Positions 8,002-18,093 of a DNA stretch of 18,274 bases are shown one piece after another (the stretch's first letter is position 1; the number at the start of each line of letters is the position of its first letter). Where the stretch lies: assembly GCA_052390515.1 (NCBI GenBank), contig JBQTGV010000111.1, positions 1-18,274 of the forward strand, written 5' to 3'. Source of the stretch: Candidatus Eiseniibacteriota bacterium. GTDB lineage: Bacteria > ARS69. The translations under genes were made by a program, and so were the position numbers. The notes beneath the pieces are model-generated. The model was not told the DNA's origin and did not search any database. It saw only the letters and a list, made by a program, of their open reading frames with translations.

Positions 8002-9309
8002 ATGTCCGTCCAGAAGCTCTCCTTCGGTGCCGTCGCCGGCCTGCTGCTGGTCGGATCCGCCGCCGCCCAGACGCCCGCCTGGGAAGCCTTGCCGAACGCG
8101 CCTCTCTCGGCGGGACGGCACGAGGACGTCTGGTTCGCGTCGGCGCGAAGAGGTTGGGTCGTCAACGCCGCCGGAGAGATCTGGCACACGCCGGACGGCG
8201 GGGACTCCTGGGACTTGCAGACCGACACCGAGGGATTCAATCGCTGCGTCGCCTTCGCGACATCGGAGGTGGGCTTCGTCGGGCAGCTCCTGGGGAGCCC
8301 GCCGCTCTGGAGAACCCTGGACGGCGGCCAGCGATGGGATCCGGTCGACGACGCTCCCGATGTGGCCGGGCTCTGCGGCCTGTGGGCGTCGAGCAGCCGC
8401 GTGATCTGGGGCGTCGGCACCTACTACGGTCCCGCCGCCGCCGTGCGCTCGGCCGACGGAGGGCGCACCTGGAAGTCGATCGACCTCACGGGCTTCCTCG
8501 ACACCGCCGTGGACTGCTACTTCCCGGAGCCGCACCGTGGGTTCGTGGTCGGAGGAGTCGGCACGTTCCCGGACCTCCGTGCCGTGGTCCTGTCCACGAC
8601 GGACGCCGGCGAGACCTGGCAGCAGGAGGTGGTGTCGCAGCGCGGGCGGCGATGGGGGTGGAAGATCTCGTTTCCCACTCCGGCGGTGGGATACGTCTCG
8701 GTGGAGAACTTCAGCGGCCCGATCAGCCTGTTCAAGACGACGGACGGCGGGGAGTCCTGGCGCGAGGTCGCGCCGCTCGTGCTCGGAGCCCTTCATCCTC
8801 AAGGAATCGGTTTCGTCAGCGAGACGCGGGGATGGTGGGGCGGCGGCATCGTCACCGTCAGCTCGACGGACGGCGGTGTCTTCTGGGCCGCAGACGGCAG
8901 CATGCCCGCCACGCTGCTGAACCGCGTGCGCATTCTGCGGCCGGACCTCGCTTTCGCCGTCGGCGAGGGCGTGTATCGTTTCGCCGTCCGGTCCGGGGAT
9001 CGGCAGGCGCTCGCGGCGGCCTCCCCCCCGTCCCGGTCCGCGAGCCTCCGTGCCGCGCCCAACCCCTTCGCCGGATCGACGGAGATCGCGCTGGCCCGCG
9101 CCGAAGCGGGGGAGGCGCGCGTCGTCGTGCACGATGTGGCCGGCCGGGTCGTTCGCCGCCTTCATGACGGCGTTCTGTCCGCCGGTGAACATCGCCTGAC
9201 GTGGACCGGAACCGACGACGCCGGCGCGCCGCTCCCCTCCGGCGTCTACTTCGTCCGGCTGGAGGCCGGGGGACGGTGCGAGCACAAGGACATCGTCCTG
9301 CTCCGATGA
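8002..9309 (+). CDS. Secreted YCF48/BNR Asp-box beta-propeller protein with C-terminal FlgD-Ig / T9SS-sorting-like domain
   Basis: Signal peptide (...GSAAAQ). Six Asp-boxes: TPDGGDSW, TLDGGQRW, SADGGRTW, TTDAGETW, TTDGGESW, STDGGVFW. C-terminus PNPF...DVAGRVVRRL...WTGTDDAG..LPSGVYFVRL. GGAGG SD before ATG 8002. Confidence 0.9.
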   Translation: MSVQKLSFGAVAGLLLVGSAAAQTPAWEALPNAPLSAGRHEDVWFASARRGWVVNAAGEIWHTPDGGDSWDLQTDTEGFNRCVAFATSEVGFVGQLLGSPPLWRTLDGGQRWDPVDDAPDVAGLCGLWASSSRVIWGVGTYYGPAAAVRSADGGRTWKSIDLTGFLDTAVDCYFPEPHRGFVVGGVGTFPDLRAVVLSTTDAGETWQQEVVSQRGRRWGWKISFPTPAVGYVSVENFSGPISLFKTTDGGESWREVAPLVLGALHPQGIGFVSETRGWWGGGIVTVSSTDGGVFWAADGSMPATLLNRVRILRPDLAFAVGEGVYRFAVRSGDRQALAAASPPSRSASLRAAPNPFAGSTEIALARAEAGEARVVVHDVAGRVVRRLHDGVLSAGEHRLTWTGTDDAGAPLPSGVYFVRLEAGGRCEHKDIVLLR

Positions 9310-9335
9310 GCAGGCGGCCGCTGCGTGCCGCGCGT

Positions 9336-9980
9336 CTACGCCGCCGCCGGCCGAGGCGCCTTCCTCCGCGCGATCTCCCCCAGGATCCCGTCCAGCGCCG
9401 GCTGCATCCGGGCGAAGATCTGCGTCTCGCCGGTCATGCGGTAGATCCAGCCGCACCCCAGGCACAGCGCCATGATCCGCTCGGCGATCTCGTCGGGGTC
9501 CGCATCCTTGCGGAACTCGCCGGTGGCCTGACCGACGCGGACCACCGTGGCGAAGTCGGAGATGAACGTGCGCGCCGCCTTCTTGAGAGCCAACGCGACG
9601 TCGTCGGCCGGCGGGACCGCATCCACCGAGAGGTTCAGAAAGAGGCAGCCGCCCTCGAAGACGCCCTCGATCCAGTAGGCGCCGTAGGTGGTCAGCGTTC
9701 GCGACAACCGCTCCGTCGGCGTGCCCGCCCCTTTGAGGCGTTCCCGGAAGAACTCCCGAGCGATGCTCACCGACTCGTCGACGAGCGTGAGGATCATCTC
9801 CTGCTTCGAACGGAAGTGCGCCATGATGCCGGCCTTGGAGTAGCCGGTGCGCTCGGCCAGCTTGCCGATGGACATCCCGTCGATACCCTCGAGGGAGAGC
9901 AGCTGCACCGCGTCGGCGACCAGTCCGGCGCGTCCCTTGCGCTCGGTCGCGTGCTCGATCATCGTCGTCGTTCCCGCCAT
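9336..9980 (-). CDS. TetR/AcrR family transcriptional regulator, 214 aa
   Basis: HTH GIDGMSIGKLAERTGYSKAGIMAHFRSKQEM and C-terminal GGCLFLN...GEFRKDADP. GGAGGT SD upstream of ATG 9980. It is the C-terminal part of track ORF 9336..11144. Confidence 0.93.
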   Translation of the reverse strand: MAGTTTMIEHATERKGRAGLVADAVQLLSLEGIDGMSIGKLAERTGYSKAGIMAHFRSKQEMILTLVDESVSIAREFFRERLKGAGTPTERLSRTLTTYGAYWIEGVFEGGCLFLNLSVDAVPPADDVALALKKAARTFISDFATVVRVGQATGEFRKDADPDEIAERIMALCLGCGWIYRMTGETQIFARMQPALDGILGEIARRKAPRPAAA

Positions 9981-10003
9981 CGCCCACCTCCCTTGCGCGC
10001 GGA

Positions 10004-10020
10004 CGAACGTTCGCATCGTA
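10004..10020 (-). promoter_or_regulatory. tetR promoter -10 (TACGAT) with adjacent palindromic operator CGAACGTTCG
   Basis: Minus strand reads TACGAT g CGAACGTTCG. The perfect 10-bp palindrome (10004-10013) covers the predicted transcription start, as is typical of TetR autorepression. Confidence 0.65.
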
Positions 10021-10051
10021 ACGGTCCGGGCACCGCGCGAAAAGGGCGAAC

Positions 10052-11347
<1,296 letters not shown>

Positions 11348-11359
11348 CGGCGGAGTATG
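11348..11359 (-). promoter_or_regulatory. Putative leaderless -10 element for chrA (CATACT-N6-ATG)
   Basis: Minus strand reads CATACT ccgccg ATG(11347), with no SD. Confidence 0.45.
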
Positions 11360-11442
11360 CCGGAAGCGGCGCTCCGTGACGACCCCCTCCGCAGCGCTCG
11401 CCGCGTGATCGAACCGGGCCCGACACGCGACGTGCCCGGTCG

Positions 11443-11471
11443 TTGACCCGACTCCGCGCCGATGCTAGCTT
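11443..11471 (+). promoter_or_regulatory. sigma70-type promoter for the vanZ-hisS-aspS operon
   Basis: TTGACC(11443-11448)-17 bp-TAGCTT(11466-11471), with an extended -10 TGn. Confidence 0.65.
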
Positions 11472-11473
11472 CC

Positions 11474-11908
11474 GTGCCCTTCCGCGGTGAAGTCCGGCCG
11501 GAGGGAACGGAGGGCAAGGTCATCGCCTCAGGCAAGAGACCGTGGCTCCCCCCGCTGATCTGGGCCGCGGTGATCCTGGCGGCGTCGTCGCTGCAGGAGC
11601 TGCAGACGACGACCGGGCACGTCGCCATCCGTGACAAGCTCGCGCATTTCGGCGAATACTTCGTCTTCGGCTGGCTCGTCGCGCGGTCCTTCGACGGGCG
11701 CGGCTGGCGGGGCGGGAAGCACTTCGCCTGGACGATGCTCCTGGGGATCTACCTGGGCGCGCTGGACGAGTTCTATCAGGGGTTCGTTCCGGGCCGCGAG
11801 CGCGACGTCCTGGACCTGCTCGCCGACGTGATCGGTGCCGCGGCCGGATGGTATTTCAGCCGGGAGGATACCGTTGGCCGCTCTTGCGGCAGTCCGCGGA
11901 ACGCGTGA
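11474..11908 (+). CDS. VanZ-like family membrane protein (start uncertain)
   Basis: WLPPLIWAAVILAASS, DKLAHFGEYFVFG and DEFYQGFVPGR..D..DLLADVIG motifs. Confidence 0.85.
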   Translation: MPFRGEVRPEGTEGKVIASGKRPWLPPLIWAAVILAASSLQELQTTTGHVAIRDKLAHFGEYFVFGWLVARSFDGRGWRGGKHFAWTMLLGIYLGALDEFYQGFVPGRERDVLDLLADVIGAAAGWYFSREDTVGRSCGSPRNA

Positions 11909-13145
11909 TCTGATCTCGCCGGAGATCTTCCGGTGGCACGAGATGGAGGACGCCGCCCGACGCGTGATGGGGCGCGCCTGCTTCTCGGAGATCCGCACCC
12001 CCCTGTTCGAGCGGACCGAGCTGTTCGAGCGAGGCGTCGGCGAAGCGACGGACATCGTCCAGAAGGAGATGTACACCTTCACGAGCCGCTCCGGTGAGAG
12101 CGTGACGCTCCGCCCCGAGGGGACCGCCGCGGTCGTGCGCGCCTACCTGGAACGGAACCTGCGCGCCGAGCGCCCGTCGCCACTCAAGCTCTGGTACCTC
12201 GGTCCCATGTTCCGCTACGAGCGGCCGCAGAAGGGGCGCCAGCGTCAGTTCCACCAGGTCGGCGTGGAGATCCTGGACACCGCCGACGCGCGCGCCGACG
12301 CCGAGGTCATCCTCGTCGCGTGCGAGTTCCTGCGCGAGCTGGGAATCGACGACCTCGTGGTGGAGCTGAACTCGCTCGGCGACGCCGAGGATCGGGCGAG
12401 ATACCGCGACGCCCTGATGGGCTTCCTGCGCTCCGTGGAAGGCGCGCTCGACGAGGACGCCCGGAAGCGCATGGAGCGCAATCCCCTGCGCGTGCTGGAC
12501 TCGAAGGACCCCGGCACCCGCGAGGCGCTGCGCGGCGCACCGCGGATGACCGAGTTTCTGGGCGAGTCGTCGGCCGCGCACTTCGCCGAGGTGCAGGCCC
12601 TGCTCGACGCGGTGCAGGTCCGCTACCGTCTGACGCCGACGCTCGTTCGCGGTCTGGATTACTATTCCCGCACCACCTTCGAGATCCAGTCGGAGAAGCT
12701 CGGAGCGCAGTCCACGGTGTGCGGCGGCGGCCGGTACGACGGTCTCGTGGCGGAGCTGGGCGGCCCCAGCGTGCCGGCCGTGGGATGGGCGCTCGGGCTC
12801 GAGCGGCTCGCGCTGGTGCTCGAAGCGGTGAGGGGAGGGCCGGTCGAGGAGGGTCCGGTCGCGTTCCTGGTCGCGATGGGAGATGCCGCCGTGCGCGAGG
12901 TCCTGCCGCTCGCGCGGGATCTGCGCCGCGAGGGCGTCCGCTGCGAGCTGTCCTTCTCCGGAGGCAGCTTCGGCAAGCAGTTCAAGGCCGCGGATCGCCG
13001 CGGGGCGAAGTTCGCGGTAGTCCTGGGCGAGCACGAGATCGAGCAGGGAACAGTCACCGTGAAGCACCTGGGCACCGGAGAGCAGCGGGAGATGGCGCGG
13101 GCGGACCTCGCCCGCCATCTGCTCGGAGGAGGGACATCGGGATGA
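11874..13145 (+). CDS. hisS: Histidine--tRNA ligase
   Basis: RGTRD, KEMYTF, LRPEGTA, MFRYERPQKGRQRQFHQ, LVRGLDYY and GGGRYDGL motifs plus a C-terminal anticodon domain. Start placed at TTG 11874 after a GGGAGG SD. Confidence 0.97.
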   Translation: MAALAAVRGTRDLISPEIFRWHEMEDAARRVMGRACFSEIRTPLFERTELFERGVGEATDIVQKEMYTFTSRSGESVTLRPEGTAAVVRAYLERNLRAERPSPLKLWYLGPMFRYERPQKGRQRQFHQVGVEILDTADARADAEVILVACEFLRELGIDDLVVELNSLGDAEDRARYRDALMGFLRSVEGALDEDARKRMERNPLRVLDSKDPGTREALRGAPRMTEFLGESSAAHFAEVQALLDAVQVRYRLTPTLVRGLDYYSRTTFEIQSEKLGAQSTVCGGGRYDGLVAELGGPSVPAVGWALGLERLALVLEAVRGGPVEEGPVAFLVAMGDAAVREVLPLARDLRREGVRCELSFSGGSFGKQFKAADRRGAKFAVVLGEHEIEQGTVTVKHLGTGEQREMARADLARHLLGGGTSG

Positions 13146-14917
13146 AGCTCGCCACGCGGCTGCGCACGCACGTCTGCGGCGACGTCGACGAACGCCTCGT
13201 CGGGTCGACCGTGACGCTCTGCGGATGGGTCCATCGGTCGCGGGATCACGGCGGCATGATCTTCGTGGATCTGCGCGACCGGTGGGGCATCGTGCAGCTC
13301 GTGTTTCCCGGCGCGAGCCAGGGCGGGAACACCGCCGCGCGCGACGCCGCCAAGGAGCTCCGCGGCGAGTCCGCGGTGCGCGTCACCGGCGAAGTCGTGA
13401 AACGGGCCGCCGGCACGGAGAACCCCAAGATGGCCACCGGCCGCGTGGAGGTGGTGGCCCGCGAGCTCACCGTGTTGAACGACGCGCCGTCCGAGCTTCC
13501 GTTCCAGATGGAGGAGATGGGCGTCTCCGAGGAGGTTCGCCTCAAGTACCGCTATCTCGACCTTCGCCGCGCGCGGCACCAGGACACCTTCGCGCTGCGC
13601 TCGCGGACCGCGCTCGCCGCGCGGATGTTCCTGGCCTCCCAGGGATTCCAGGAGATCGAGACGCCGATGCTGGTGAAGCGAACGCCGGAGGGCGCCCGCG
13701 ACTATCTCGTGCCGAGCCGCGTCCACCCCGGGCAGTTCTACGCGCTGCCGCAGTCGCCGCAGCTCTACAAGCAGCTCCTCATGATCTCGGGCCTCGACCG
13801 GTACTTCCAGATCGCCCGCTGCTTCCGTGACGAGGACCTGCGTGCCGACAGACAACCGGAGTTCACCCAGATCGACATCGAGGCATCGTTCGTAGGACCG
13901 GAGGACATCCTCGGACTCACCGAGGGCCTGCTCGCCGCGCTCTGGCGTGAGGGCGGCGTCGAGATCCAGACGCCCTTCCCGCGAATGACCTACCGCGAGG
14001 CGATGGAGCGCTACGGGATCGACCGGCCCGACCTGCGGTACGGACTCGAGCTGTTCGACGCGAGCGAGCTGTTCGCGAACTCGGAGTTCGGGATCGCGCG
14101 ACAGGCCATCTCCGCCGGGGGGCGGGTGCGCGGATTGCGTGTTCCGGGTGGAGCCGCCCTGTCGCGGAAGCAGGTCGACGAGCTCGAGGCGGTCGCCAAG
14201 TCGGCGGGCGCCGGCGGCGTCATCCGGCTCAAACGCGCCGGCGAGACGCTGGAGGGCCCCGCCGCCAAGTTCCTTGCGGCCGGTTCCGCGGCGGCACTTG
14301 GACTCGCCGATGGGGACCTCGGATTGTTCGTCGCCGGGCCCGACCGCGTGACGAGCCCGGTGCTCGATCGGGTCAGGCAGGAGGTGGCGCGACGGATGGG
14401 GCTCGTACCCGAAGGAGAGCGGCGCTTTCTCTGGGTCACTGATTTCCCGATGTTCGACCGCGCTCCGTCGACCGGAGCGCTCGCCTCCGTACACCACCCC
14501 TGCACCTCGCCGAATCCAGAAGACCTGGGGCAGCTCGAGAGCGCGCCCGAGCACGTCCGCGCGCTGGCCTACGACGTGGTATTGAACGGGACCGAGCTCG
14601 GCGGCGGGAGCATCCGCATCGCCGACCCGCGGCTGCAGGAGCGGGTATTTCAGCTGCTGGGGATCGACGAGGAAACGGCGCAGGCGCGCTTCGGCTTCCT
14701 CCTGGAAGGACTGCGCGCCGGGGCGCCCCCGCACGGCGGAATCGCGCTTGGCTTCGACCGGATCGCGATGCTGCTCTCGGGCGCGGCATCGCTCCGCGAC
14801 GTGATCGCCTTTCCCAAGACGACGGCGGCACGGGCGCTGTTCGAGGGAGCGCCGGCGCCGGTGCCGGAGGCGGATCTGGGCGAGTTGCACATTTCGATCG
14901 ACGGAGCGCGTGCGTGA
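13142..14917 (+). CDS. aspS: Aspartate--tRNA ligase, probably non-discriminating Asp/Asn type
   Basis: LRTH.CG, RDHGG.IFVDLRDR, TPEGARDYLVPSR, ALPQSPQLYKQ, CFRDEDLRADRQPEFTQ, GGGSIRI and PPHGGIALGFDR. ATGA overlap with hisS. Confidence 0.97.
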   Translation: MKLATRLRTHVCGDVDERLVGSTVTLCGWVHRSRDHGGMIFVDLRDRWGIVQLVFPGASQGGNTAARDAAKELRGESAVRVTGEVVKRAAGTENPKMATGRVEVVARELTVLNDAPSELPFQMEEMGVSEEVRLKYRYLDLRRARHQDTFALRSRTALAARMFLASQGFQEIETPMLVKRTPEGARDYLVPSRVHPGQFYALPQSPQLYKQLLMISGLDRYFQIARCFRDEDLRADRQPEFTQIDIEASFVGPEDILGLTEGLLAALWREGGVEIQTPFPRMTYREAMERYGIDRPDLRYGLELFDASELFANSEFGIARQAISAGGRVRGLRVPGGAALSRKQVDELEAVAKSAGAGGVIRLKRAGETLEGPAAKFLAAGSAAALGLADGDLGLFVAGPDRVTSPVLDRVRQEVARRMGLVPEGERRFLWVTDFPMFDRAPSTGALASVHHPCTSPNPEDLGQLESAPEHVRALAYDVVLNGTELGGGSIRIADPRLQERVFQLLGIDEETAQARFGFLLEGLRAGAPPHGGIALGFDRIAMLLSGAASLRDVIAFPKTTAARALFEGAPAPVPEADLGELHISIDGARA

Positions 14918-15870
14918 CGGAAACCCTGGAAACGCAGAAGCTGTCCACGGAGGGCGCGGACCTCCTCACCCTCGCCGGCGTGAATGACGCGAACCTGGTC
15001 GAGCTCTCGCGCATCGCGGGAGTGAGGGTCGGGTTGCGCGCCGACACGTTGACGCTCAGCGGGCCGGCGGAAGGGATCGAGAAGGCGGCGCCGATCGCGC
15101 AGCGTATGATCGACGCGGCGCGCCAGCGCGTTCCGCTCACGCCCGACGACGTGCTCCGGATGAGCGAGGATGGGCTCGCGGACGGCATGGCCGGCGACGC
15201 GGACACGCCCCGCATTGCACTACCGGGCGTGCGCAAGCTGATCCAGGCGAAGACGCCCGGGCAGGCCGAGTACCTCCGCAAGATCGCCGAGCACGACATC
15301 GTCGTCGGCATCGGGCCGGCCGGAACGGGGAAGACCTATCTTGCCGTGGCCGCCGCCGTCGACGCGCTGACCCGGAAGCGCGTACGACGCATCGTGCTCG
15401 CGCGCCCGGCAGTCGAAGCGGGGGAAAGCCTGGGCTTTCTGCCCGGCGACATGCAGGCCAAGGTGGATCCGTATCTCCGTCCGCTGTACGACGCGCTGGA
15501 CGAGATGATGCCGCCCGAGCGCATGCAGAAAGCGCTCGAGACGCGGACGATCGAGATCGCGCCGCTCGCCTTCATGCGCGGCCGCACCCTGGGCGACGCG
15601 TTCGTCATCCTGGACGAGGCGCAGAACGCGACGAACCTGCAGATGAAGATGTTTCTGACGCGGCTCGGCGTGAACTCGAAGATCGTCATCACGGGGGACA
15701 AGACCCAGGTCGACCTGCCGACCCGCGCCGACTCGGGGCTCATGCAGGTCGAGCGGATCCTGCCGGGAATCGAGGGGATCGCATTCCATTACTTGGACGA
15801 CTCCGACGTCGTCCGTCACCGTCTCGTGCGCCAGATCATCAAGGCGTACGCCGCGGATGCGGGAGACTGA
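14914..15870 (+). CDS. phoH: PhoH family ATPase (YbeZ-like)
   Basis: GPAGTGKT Walker A, RPAVEAGE.LGFLPG, APLAFMRGRT and DEAQN motifs. GTGA overlap with aspS. Confidence 0.95.
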   Translation: MTETLETQKLSTEGADLLTLAGVNDANLVELSRIAGVRVGLRADTLTLSGPAEGIEKAAPIAQRMIDAARQRVPLTPDDVLRMSEDGLADGMAGDADTPRIALPGVRKLIQAKTPGQAEYLRKIAEHDIVVGIGPAGTGKTYLAVAAAVDALTRKRVRRIVLARPAVEAGESLGFLPGDMQAKVDPYLRPLYDALDEMMPPERMQKALETRTIEIAPLAFMRGRTLGDAFVILDEAQNATNLQMKMFLTRLGVNSKIVITGDKTQVDLPTRADSGLMQVERILPGIEGIAFHYLDDSDVVRHRLVRQIIKAYAADAGD

Positions 15871-15876
15871 CCGGCG

Positions 15877-18093
15877 ATGACCCTCTGGCAACAGCTCGAG
15901 CGCGTCGCAGCGTCGGCGCCGGCCGGGACGCGAGCGGACGCGGCACTCTTCCACGGCGTGCGCGTGCTGCTCGCCCTGGTGCTCGCGGTGCTCACGTACG
16001 CACTCTTTCCATCGGCGCCGGCGGTCGAGGTTCCGCTCTACGAGATCGGGTCGGTCTCCTCGGAAAACGTGATCGCCCCCTTCGGGTTCACCGTCCCGAA
16101 GCCCCCCGAGCAACTGGCGCGCGAACGGGCCGAGTTGGCGCGGGGTGCCGAGCCGGTCTTCGACTACCGCCCGGCCGCCCTCGATTCGGTGCAGCGGTCG
16201 CTGGCGACCCTCATGCAGGGACTGGCGCGTGCCGCGCCGAGCGGCCGCCCCGATTCCCAGACCGTCGTCGCGCTCCAGCAGGCAGCGGAGGCGTCGCGCA
16301 TCCAGCTGCGGCCCGAGGAGGCGGCTTATCTGGCCGTGCCGCGCCGGCGTGAGGCATTGGCCGCCTCGCTCTCCCAGGTTTTTGGGCGCTGGCTCGCCCA
16401 GGGCGTCGCCGCGAGCGGAGCGCTGGACAGCGTGCGCGGGGATCTCACCCTCCGCCGCGGCGACCGCGAGATCTCGATCCCGGCCGACAGCGTGCTGACG
16501 GCGACGGGTCTCCTCGCGCGGTCGCGGCAGGTCCACCCGGATCGCGAGTCCGAGCTCGGCGACGCGGTCTACGTCAAGCTGCTGAGCGCGCTCTTCCGCC
16601 CGACGATCGTCGAGAATCTCGGCGCGACCGAGCAGGCCAGGGAGGCGATGCGGCGCACCGTCGACGAGAACCTGTACGAGGTCCAGGCGCGCGAGAAGAT
16701 CGTCGGGGCGAACGAGGTGGTCGGCCGCGAGGAGCACGAGAAGCTGCGGGCGCTCCAGGACGCACGGCAGTCACGAGGGAGCGGCGGCGTGCTGATCGGC
16801 CGCGTCGTCGGCGCCGTGCTGTTCAACTTCCTGGTGATCGCGATCGTCGGCATCACGCTGGTGCTCTACCGGCCGCAGCTCTACGCGACCCTCCGCGTCG
16901 TCGCCTTCGTCGCCGTCGTCTACCTGATCATTCTGGGTATCGCGTCGTTCGTCGCGCACGGGCCGGTGAAGCGCCCGGAGCTCGTGCCCGTCGCCCTCGC
17001 GGCGATCGTCTTCAGCGTGCTCTTCGATCCCCGGATCAGCATGGTGGCGACAGTCGTGCTGACGGTTCTCGTCGGCGGGCAGAGCGCGTTCCGCGGGACG
17101 AACGCGCTCTTCCTCGCCCTCATTGGCGGCTCGGCCGCCGCCTTCAGCCTGCGGGTGCTGCGTCGGCGCAACCAGTCCACGTACTCCATCCTGCTGACGG
17201 CCGGCGCCTACCTGCTGGCAGCCATCGCCGTCGGCCTCACGCTCGACTGGAGCCTGCGAGAGATCGCCATCACGGCCGGTCTCGGTGCCGTGAACGCGTT
17301 CTTCTCCGTCTGGGTGGCGATGGGGCTACTCCCGCTCGCCGAGGAGTTCACCGGGATCGACACCGACCTCAAGCTGCTCGAATGGTCGGACCTCAACCGG
17401 CCGCTGATGCGAAAGCTGCGCATCGAAGCGCCCGGCACGTACGCCCACACGATGGCGATGGCCAACCTGGCCGAGACCGCCTGTGCCGCGATCGGCGCGA
17501 ACGCCCTGCTCGCCCGGGTCGGCGCGTACTACCACGACATCGGGAAGATCAAGAAGCCGCAGTATTTCGTGGAAAACCAGCCGAAGGGGCGCAATCCGCA
17601 CGACAAGCTGAAGCCGTCCACCAGCGCCGCGATCATCCGCGGCCATGTCCGCGAGGGGCTGGACCTCGCGGACGAGCATCGGCTTCCGCGCGCGCTGCGG
17701 GCCTTCATCACCGAGCACCACGGGACGGCGGAGATCAGCTACTTCCTCGAGAAGGCCAAGGAGCGCGACGGTGCGGTCGGCAACGCGCAGGAGTTCCAGT
17801 ATCCGGGCCCGGTGCCGCAGACGGCCGAAACGGCCGTCTGCATGCTCGCCGATGGCGTCGAGGCGGCCACCCGCGTGATCGCCGATCCGACGCCGCAGAA
17901 GATCCGCGATGTGGTCGAGCACATCGTTCGCCAGCGGGTGGAGCAGGGCCAGCTTCGCAACGCGCCCATCACGCTCCGCCAGCTCGATATCGTCAAGGAG
18001 CAGTTCGCCCGAGTGCTGATCGGCATGTACCACAATCGCATCGACTATCCCGCGTCGAGCGGCGGGGTGACGGCGGAGTTCTCGTCCGTATGA
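15877..18093 (+). CDS. 7TM-HDIG domain phosphohydrolase (PgpH-like c-di-AMP phosphodiesterase family)
   Basis: N-terminal TM and extracytoplasmic domain, about 7 TM helices, then APGTY.H, YYHDIGK, YFVENQ, EHHGT, YPGP.P and LADGVEA. Sits in the conserved phoH-HD-ybeY context. Confidence 0.93.
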   Translation: MTLWQQLERVAASAPAGTRADAALFHGVRVLLALVLAVLTYALFPSAPAVEVPLYEIGSVSSENVIAPFGFTVPKPPEQLARERAELARGAEPVFDYRPAALDSVQRSLATLMQGLARAAPSGRPDSQTVVALQQAAEASRIQLRPEEAAYLAVPRRREALAASLSQVFGRWLAQGVAASGALDSVRGDLTLRRGDREISIPADSVLTATGLLARSRQVHPDRESELGDAVYVKLLSALFRPTIVENLGATEQAREAMRRTVDENLYEVQAREKIVGANEVVGREEHEKLRALQDARQSRGSGGVLIGRVVGAVLFNFLVIAIVGITLVLYRPQLYATLRVVAFVAVVYLIILGIASFVAHGPVKRPELVPVALAAIVFSVLFDPRISMVATVVLTVLVGGQSAFRGTNALFLALIGGSAAAFSLRVLRRRNQSTYSILLTAGAYLLAAIAVGLTLDWSLREIAITAGLGAVNAFFSVWVAMGLLPLAEEFTGIDTDLKLLEWSDLNRPLMRKLRIEAPGTYAHTMAMANLAETACAAIGANALLARVGAYYHDIGKIKKPQYFVENQPKGRNPHDKLKPSTSAAIIRGHVREGLDLADEHRLPRALRAFITEHHGTAEISYFLEKAKERDGAVGNAQEFQYPGPVPQTAETAVCMLADGVEAATRVIADPTPQKIRDVVEHIVRQRVEQGQLRNAPITLRQLDIVKEQFARVLIGMYHNRIDYPASSGGVTAEFSSV

